This document shows positions 56,333-64,000 of a stretch of 64,000 nucleotides of DNA, one piece after another (within the stretch, counting starts at the first letter, position 1; each line of letters opens with the position of its first letter). The DNA is taken from positions 248,001-312,000 of the forward strand of contig CM074813.1 of the NCBI GenBank assembly GCA_037447605.1, given 5' to 3'. The stretch comes from Zygnema circumcarinatum SAG 698-1b. Taxonomy: Eukaryota > Plantae > Zygnematophyceae. The notes beneath the pieces were generated by a model. It searched no databases, had not been told where the DNA came from, and worked only from the letters and a program-made list of their open reading frames with translations. Both the position numbers and the translations under genes were made by a program.

Positions 56333-56900
56333 TTATGGGTACCATTTATCTTTGGTAAGATGCGGGAAGGTTTCCACCCTCTGTTTGGCTTTTGCAGTGA
56401 TGGTGTAGTCCACCAATCCCTGCAGAACATATTTTCAACGCCGCGTGTCAATGTTGACGTTCAAATTTTAGGTTTTAAAAAAAAAAAACTATTGAAGGCA
56501 AATGCAGAGAGGTAACAGAAGAAATCCAAAGACTGCACACATTCACGAACTTCTATTGCTAAGTAAAATCGATGCATGTTTTGAACATACTCTAGCGCCT
56601 ATCACTTGGAAGGAAGAGAGGTGAGAGAAGGGGTACGAAGGAGAGTTTGAAGGTGCAAGGGGCAGAGAGAGAGAGAGAGGGAGGGGGAGAAGGAGAGAGG
56701 GGGAGAGAGAGAGAGAGGGGGGGTGGGGGAGGGGGAGAAGGAGAGTGGGGGAGAGAGAGAGAGAGGGGGTGGGGGAGGGGGAGAAGGAGAGAGGGGGAGA
56801 GAAAGAAAGACAGAAAGAGAGAGAGATATCGAAAGTGACAGAAAGAGAGCAAGCAAACGCGGCCGAGAGAGCGAGCAAGCGAGAGAGAGAGGGAGAGAGC

Positions 56901-56931
<31 letters not shown>

Positions 56932-59492
56932 CGAGTGAGATTCCGCTAAAGCTCACTCTTTGGTAGTTGTCGAAAGTGGGAGGGGGGTCCTCTCCCGCAA
57001 TCTCCACATAGGCAGTCCACCAGCTGCTTCCCTCCGCCCACAAATGCCGAAAGTCTTCCTGAACCTTCACTCTATAGAGCTCCTTCAAAGGGTCGAAAAA
57101 TCCCCGACTCGATTCGTCGCTGGCGATGTACACAAGGCTTCCGGGAGACACATATTTGGGAAGAGTAACAAGAAGTCTGGAAAAAAGAGTGCACGAAAAA
57201 AAAGTTTTTTTTTTTTTTATTAAAATGGAAAATTATAAAGCAAAGTTAGGAACGGATCAAGTTTGTTTAAATTCTGCTTTCTCGATTTCCCCCCCCCCCC
57301 CCCTTTTTTTTTAGTTTTCTGTAATATTTTACGTGTGGGAGGTCTTTCGAAAAAGCCCATTCTCAGATATCGATACAGTTCGAGTTTATTTGTGAAGGAA
57401 AAAATAAGTCTTATCGGTCGTTCTCTAGGAAAAAGTCTGAAGCCCATTAAGGCAGTACCTTCTTAATTACTTTTACTGCTGTCGGGCTGTAAATTTTTCT
57501 TTTCTTTTGTAGGGCCACAAAGATGTGACTGATTTTTTTTTGATCCTGGACTTACTGTTCTCTGTGTGTGACTTTAACAAGGTTTGACCCTGTGTCTTTA
57601 GCAAGGTTTGGACATGGGCGTTTCATCCCCCCATCCCCTCCCCTTCACTCCCGGCGTGACTTTATCAACGATTGAACGTTGGTGGTTATTACTTTCTAGG
57701 CTCCTTGTGTGACTTTACCCTTTTGAACATTGATGGTTCCTAGTTATTGGGTTCATTGAGTGACTTTATCAAGGTCTAGACAGTGTTGGTTACTACTTAC
57801 TGGGCTCCGTGTGTGACTTTATCAGGGTTTAAAAATTAACGGTTCATATCTGCTGGGTTCTTCCTGTGACTTTATCAGGGTCTGTACATTGATGATTCCC
57901 ACTTACTGGACTCCATGGGGGACTTTATCAAGGCTTGAAATTTACTGGTTCCTGCTTTCTAATCTCCTTGTGTGACTTTATCAAAATTTGAACATTGATG
58001 GTTCCTACTTACTGGGCTCCTTGTGTGTCTTTATCAAGGTTCGGCCATTGATGTTTCCTCTTCGCCTTATCCCCTCGCCGCACATGGACCGCCGCGTACT
58101 CTCCATGATGCAGCAACCCTATGATGTCATCCGCTAATTTTAATAAGTATGGAGCGTACCAAACTTGTTCATCACGCGCATTATTGTACTCCTGTAACGG
58201 AAACGCAACACATAGAAACACGGATTAGTCCGGAACATGGAAGAGCGTCGAAAATCACGTCATAAGGAGCGTCAATTTAAACGAATTACACAGGCGATGA
58301 GCAACGATTGGAAAACTGAAAAAGCCACAAATTTTTCTTTTCTTTAGGGGAAGTTTGGAGCATTCAAGGGAGAATCAGGAAAATTTGCATCTTCGTGATT
58401 TCTTCTATGTTATAGAAATGTTTACACCGACCCACATTTTTCAATGAGAAGGCGAACGTTCCCCAGTCGTTGGAAAAGTCTCTTTCAACAATAATTGCGT
58501 TCTCGCCTTCGAGGTCGGAGGTCGGATCCTTTGATGCGACTTTGCGGTAGGAAATGCTCTCTCCATCCTTCTCTGATCTTTTCCGACGACCCCAAAATTC
58601 AACTTCATCAATGAGCTCCACTCGATACCTGCAACGCAACAAGGAGAAAAAGGAAAGGGAAGGCGGAAGGGAGTGTGAGACTGGAGGGGAGGGGGAGGGG
58701 GAGGGGGAGGGGGAGGGGGAGGGAGGGGAGGGGAGGGGGAGGGGGAGGGGGAGGGGGAGGGGGAGGGGAGGGGAGGGGGAGGGGGAGGGGGAGGGGGAGG
58801 GGGAGGGGGAGGGGGAGAGGTACGCACTCTCGTTCTATGCGAGGTCTGTCATAAAGCAAAGCCGGACTTTTCCGTTCCAATTTCCCAAAATTGTGGTGTG
58901 GCGGTATGCACATGTGCATCCAGACCAGAACCCGATTCAGTTTCCGAGCCTCCGCCATCATCCCCCACAAGCTGCTCGAATAATGCAATAAACCCGCGCA
59001 GTAGTCGTTGGACAGAGTATAATATATATATTTCTTAGTCAAATCTAGCTTCTCTTCCGCTATTGGAATTTGTTTCCGAATTTCAGCAGCTTCCGCCAAC
59101 CAACCGGGCTTCAGCCTGTCCTCTTCTGCTTTTGGCTGCTCTTTCTCTTTTTCTCCGTCATCCTTTGCATCTGAATTTGAGACTTTCAGGTTTAGGGTTT
59201 CAGTCAGTCCGTCCTCTCCATGCCTCTCTCCGTCTCCTGTCTGCTCCACGATTCCTTTTAATCGCTCCAGTTCCATGCGCATTTCCACCGTTTTGTTGTA
59301 CATGTTCCGTTCCTTGGAGTGATACATCACCGCCAGAATCATGAAGGCAATGACAGCACATGTGACTGTTTCGCGGGAAATTTGAAATTTAGACATAAAA
59401 TTCAGTGGAGATTTTATTTTTTTTTCATCCGAATGGTCCTGCCCTTCTTCCAGATCTGTCCCATCCTTCCGGGCTTTGTCTGATTGGTTCAT
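56333..59492 (-). CDS. SUB1-like glycosyltransferase, paralogue C (more divergent), 5 exons
   Basis: Exons 59492-58828, 58628-58436, 58191-58013, 57176-56957, 56419-56333. NDYCAGLLHY, EYAAVHVRRGDK, WPNLDKDT, VYIASDE, FDNYQR and VETFPHLTKDKWYP. The start codon is uncertain. Confidence 0.85.
57570..58045 (-). repeat. Degenerate ~53-bp tandem repeat (~8 units) that includes the exon 3 end and 5' splice donor of paralogue C
   Basis: gactttat-like anchors at ~57658, 57711, 57762, 57815, 57868, 57921, 57974 and 58027. Minus-strand unit CCTTGATAAAGACACACAAGGAGCCCA|GTAAGTAGGAACCATCAATGTTCA. Confidence 0.85.
58687..58818 (+). repeat. (GGGGGA)n G-rich repeat in intron 1 of paralogue C
   Basis: Directly visible hexamer array; G-quadruplex-capable by pattern. 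Confidence 0.9.
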
Positions 59493-59934
59493 TTTGCCTC
59501 TTCCCACCTGCCCAAAGGAGTTCCAAAACATAAAATTAAGATAATCTTCAACGAAAGAGGACCTGTTTCCGTTGATTCTGGAAGACAGCTGGCATGTAAC
59601 AGCGTCTCGAAAAAAATAACAATTCCTTCTTCTTTTTATGCATGGAATCGGGTTGTAGTTCTTTATGCCTGAGCTGAAGCTGAACATATTTTGATGGGAT
59701 TGAGCATGAATGCGATTTTCTTCGCAATTGTAAAAGGCCGCGAGCCGACGTTTATTCAATTCATGAGTTCCAACATGCGAAAACCAACAATCCAGACTAC
59801 GACAGGATTTGAGAAAGCCCGAACTAATTTGTACACCCCACCATTTTTAATTCACAAGAGGAAACAAAAATGTATAACAAGGTTATAAATGGGTTGCACT
59901 TACCTCACTGGGTCTGGCAAGGTCCTTCTCCTTC

Positions 59935-60110
59935 TCCCACTCCCTCCACCACTCCCACTCCCACTCCCAATCCCACTCCCACTCCCACTCCCACTCCCAC
60001 TCCCACTCCCACTCCCACTCCCACTCCCACTCCCACTCCCACTCCCACTCCCTCTCCCACTCCCACTCCCACTCCCACTCTCCCTCCCCCTCCCACTCCC
60101 ACTCCCACTT
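59935..60110 (+). repeat. (CCCACT)n hexamer repeat upstream of paralogue C
   Basis: Directly visible hexamer array. Confidence 0.9.
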
Positions 60111-62190
60111 CTCTCGCCTCCTTTGCGAATTTCCTTCTTCCTTATTCCTCCTCTTCGCCCTTCTTCCACTGTCTGCACTCCTCTACCTTTCTTACTTTTC
60201 CCCTTCCCCCTCCTCTCTCTATCCTCTCCCTCTCCTCCTCCTACCCTTCCCCCCACTCTCCTCCTACTTCTCCGCGCCTCCTTACTCGTCCTCTTTCCCC
60301 TCCTCCCTCTCCTTCTCTTCCTTCCCCTAACTTCGCCACTCCCTCCTCTCTCCCTCTCGCTCTCTCCCTCCCTCTTTTCTCCGTCCCCTCTCCTCTCACT
60401 TCTCCCTCCTCACTGTCCTGCCCCTCCCTCCCTCTCTCGCCTAACCTAATTGCCCTAATTTTAATACTCGGAGCAAATTTCCGATTGACCCAACGTCCTT
60501 TTCTAACTACCATCCGAAAGACCCTCTTTCTTCAGGAAACGTCGTCAAAAGATTTTAACTGCCGCTGCCGAAGGCCGTACGTAGCAAAGTGCCGGTTTCT
60601 GGTTTCTGGTTTTTGGCTTTTTGCCTCTGGTTTGCGGTTTCTGGTTTATGGCTGTGGTTTGTACGGACAGCCTCCCTGCGTCTGAAGGGACATTTCTTGG
60701 GCGCATTTAATAACCGAAAACCGGAAGTCTCAGTGATGACGTGACATGACGCCAGTGGTCAGTCGACAAACCTTTTGAAAACAGAAAAATTTGGGTCGTC
60801 GTCTGATTGCTTAAAGTATATTGACTTTATCTGCAAGCTGACCAATTGGGACATGACACGTGGACCAGCGGATGGGACCAAACTAGTAGCGCGGTCCAGT
60901 TCGATCTGGACTGGCGGTTTTGTTCGGTAAGGTCGTTAAAATTAATCGACATCATTACATTGAATCAAATTATCCACAAGAAGGGAATGATGTTTGATTG
61001 AACTCACGATGGCAAGGCCATCAAATGTACATGAATAAAATCGACATAGGGAACCAGAAGAAGCGGTCACAATGGACATAAGGACAACGAGAAAGCCTCA
61101 AAACGGAAAGCTACTTCTAGGCTCGACAACACGGCACTAGAAGCAGCCGCGAAGGTCGCCGATGTGTGGCGCAGCACGCGCAGGAAGGGGCGGAAGGCCA
61201 CAAGAAAAACATATGTATATATCAAACAATTGAAGTTTTGCAATTACCGATATCGAATTTCTCCGTAGAGTTGTTGGGCCTAAAAGCAAAGTTCAGCTCA
61301 TGGCTTTTTTCTTTCGTCCTTAGGTACTCGTGACCGGTTGGTTCCTCGTGGTTCCCCATATTGACTTTGTCCATGTTCCTTTCATGGCATCGCCACAGTG
61401 AGGTCAATGGCAGTTGTCTACTTTGTAGTTCATATCCGATTATTTTACGGCCTTCCGACGGTTATACCCATCGCTTCAAAGGTGTGACTTCTCCATAAAA
61501 TGAGCACAAGAAAATTACTGGTGTTATGCAGCTATGGGGCTTCCAACTTAAGAAGGTTCACAATTTCGGAATATGAAATAAGTATGAGCGCTCCATTGAA
61601 ATGATTAGCAACAGCGAAATAATAAGTACTTACTTCAAACTCTACATCGATTTTCCACTTCTGAATCCCCCAACAATATGCAAAACACTGTCACTATTCT
61701 TGGCCCATAAGGTTCTTACTTCTACTTTTTATCTACAGGTCATGTCCCTCACCATTAGCGATCTCACTCAAACCTCCTTCAAAACAAAAATTAGAAGAAA
61801 GTGACATGACGCATGCTTCATCAATATGACGTAACAAAGCTGGAAATTAGCAGTTCCGTGCCCCGTTCCGTTCTGCAAACAAGCTAACGGGTATGTACAG
61901 AACTAAGCAGACATGCGAACCGTACAAGGTAAAGAAACATCTCCCCAAAGTAACCCCACAATCCTAAACCCCTAAAATGGCCCTATCAGCTACTTTTCAA
62001 AAAATACGATGACAACAATGAATGAATGCAAGTGCCTCCAAAGAAGCAATAACAAATTGCAATTGTAGAGTGAAAACTGGTTTCTTTGGTTTGTGGTTTT
62101 TGTGGGTCCTCCTGCAGTTGTTTTTCCTGCACTTGGCCGGCTCTTCATGAAGGGAGGGCGTCCTGAAGTATTACTGTCATGGAAATCCGT

Positions 62191-63996
62191 TTACCATCGC
62201 AGTTTATCCGGGAAATACTGTTCACCCACGCTCTCAAAGTTGTTATGGAGGGAGGGAAAGAGAGGACAGAGAGAAAGAGAGCGAGAGTAGGAGTGGGACT
62301 GGGAAGCGAGAGCAGGCGGTTGAGCACAAAAACTCTAGAGACCGGAAGGAGGACGAGAGGTAGGAGGAATGGGACAGGGCAGGAGGAAAAGGAGATGAAG
62401 AGGGGCAAGAACAAGGAGAACGATAGGGAAAAGAGCCAGATAGTGGGTTGAGAGAGAGGAAGTGGAAGCGGGAGATGAGGGAGATCATGAAGCCAGGACG
62501 AGAGTGAGAATATCGTGACAGTTGGCGAAAGAGACAGGAGAGCAAGAAACAGGGAAGAGGGGGAAGGGCATGTGAGCGGGTGAGGGAGGCAGAAAGTGGG
62601 AGGGAAGGCGTCCTGCAGTCACCTTGTGGATGAGGGACATGTAGTATGGCTTCAGCTTCTCCACATCGCAGCGCTCCTTGCTCTTGCTGTACAGATCAAA
62701 CTTGCTGCAAATTTGCAGCAGAAAGCCACACCACACATATGACTTTAGTTTCCAGCTCAATTTGCTCCAGTTTTTGCTTCAGTTTGTTACGAACCAAGCA
62801 ATTGCCAATTTTTGCCTCCACTAACCACCGGATTCCTGGCAATAGAGGTTCATGTAGCTCAATTACGTATGGAATAGTGATCATTATTTTTTTAATCGAA
62901 TGATTGAATAAGTGACAGAGGTAAGGCTTCTCTCACTTGAACTCGAGCACCCATGGCATCATGCTTCGGTCAAAGTCATTCAAGAGGTGTCCGTACTTCT
63001 TGTCCTTGTGCAACGCTGTCCAAGGCAAAACCCCACAAATTAAAGGCAAGTCAAGGCAAGTCAAAGGCAAGTCAAGTCAAGCTTACTCATGTTCAGTGGA
63101 AGGTTTCTGTGGGGGAGACTCACAATAGAAGGAGTGGTAGCGGACCATGTAGTAGCCCGGAGCAGGGATGGTGCATCCATTACGGAGCATAACTTGATAC
63201 CTGACAATACAAAAAACGTAATAGAATTCAGAGAGAATATTTGAAGGTTTTAATTTCAACATTAGAATTGTAGGCGAAAAGCCTTGGGTTGCATTGAGCA
63301 TACGAGGAGTATGTAGCAGCTAGGATTTGAAGTGCTTGTTTTACACCACCTGAAACTTTGCAAAGGAACCTTACATGTATTCGTCATGGCTCCAAGACAT
63401 GTGTACTTTATCCAGCCCACAGCCCGGCTCGTAAACTCCATTTTCTGTGTTATACATGGGGTTATTGAAATCTGGATTTTCTCGAAAATGCTGCACATAC
63501 AACAGAGCAGCGCACCTTCAGTCTGAGGAAGTCGATTGTCAGTTTCTTATAAAAGCAACATTACTGCAAGCTACAAAACTGAACTTGCACTACATGGAAC
63601 ACAGGAGAAGCTTCCGTTATACTACCGTACCACCAGCATTACTGCTGCTACCACGATTGCCACTAGAGGTCTTAATGTCGGTAAAATGATCTGTAATTGG
63701 AGAAATAAAAAACCAGCATTTGAGGAAATGTTACAAGCGCTGTGGCTCACATCATAGTGAACAACCGCTGAATCAAACTTGCACCCAATGGGGTATGTGT
63801 CGCCTGCATAACATATGCTCACCCATTTCATAAGGAACATTATATGCTTGCAACAGAGATTAGCAAACTACAGCATGCATCTGAAGGATGAAACGACAAG
63901 AAGCAGTTGAAACTTAATTCCAGAAAATTAACTCACCAACAACAGCCCATTGAGGCTCAGATCCAAAGCTCGGATGCAAAAGAATTTTGCCCAAAT
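62191..63996 (-). CDS. MIOX: Myo-inositol oxygenase, 3' part (5' exons lie beyond the window end)
   Basis: Exons 63996-63937 (DLGKILL...PQWAVVG), 63803-63751 (DTYPIGC), 63490-63375 (ENPDF...GCGLDKVHMSWSHDEY), 63200-63124 (VRYHSFY), 63015-62937, 62704-62623 (KFDLYSKSK...KPYYMSLI), 62217-62191 (YFPDKLRW*). All in phase. Confidence 0.95.
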
Positions 63997-64000
63997 CTGC

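Noticed and set aside
61050-61270. GC-rich, coding-looking stretch between SUB1-like C and MIOX
   Set aside because: No start, splice context or recognisable motif.

Overview
Eukaryotic, intron-rich nuclear DNA from a green plant, most likely a streptophyte alga. This is inferred from the gene families present and the long GA/CT low-complexity introns; it contains short N gaps. Host genes in order: an intronless DREB-type AP2/ERF factor (+), a GILT thiol reductase (-), a plant O-fucosyltransferase-family gene (+), an XB3/XBAT31-like ankyrin-RING E3 ligase (-), a secreted root-cap/VWD-like protein (+), three tandem SUB1-like GT-B glycosyltransferases (-), and the 3' part of myo-inositol oxygenase (-). 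Bases ~25.4-46.0 kb form a nested transposon island. It holds a PIF/Harbinger element (TAA TSD) whose transposase is split by a tandem three-LTR Ty1/copia derivative (GTGTC TSD), three MITEs derived from that Harbinger, a second MITE family, a 45-bp minisatellite ORF, a degenerate TTAGGG tract, and a MULE-like element carrying a gag-only Ty3/gypsy element. The most unusual observations are: (1) the gypsy element's terminal 9-mer is missing from its 5' LTR but sits just upstream of its 3' LTR, giving a split-direct-repeat or circle-junction geometry; (2) two unrelated glycosyltransferase genes each carry a tandem array built from their own exon-end plus 5' splice site; (3) the copia derivative keeps a 940-aa frame open despite losing protease, integrase and part of RT. 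All exon models were read by eye from GT(GC)-AG sites and protein motifs. No database searches or alignments were run.
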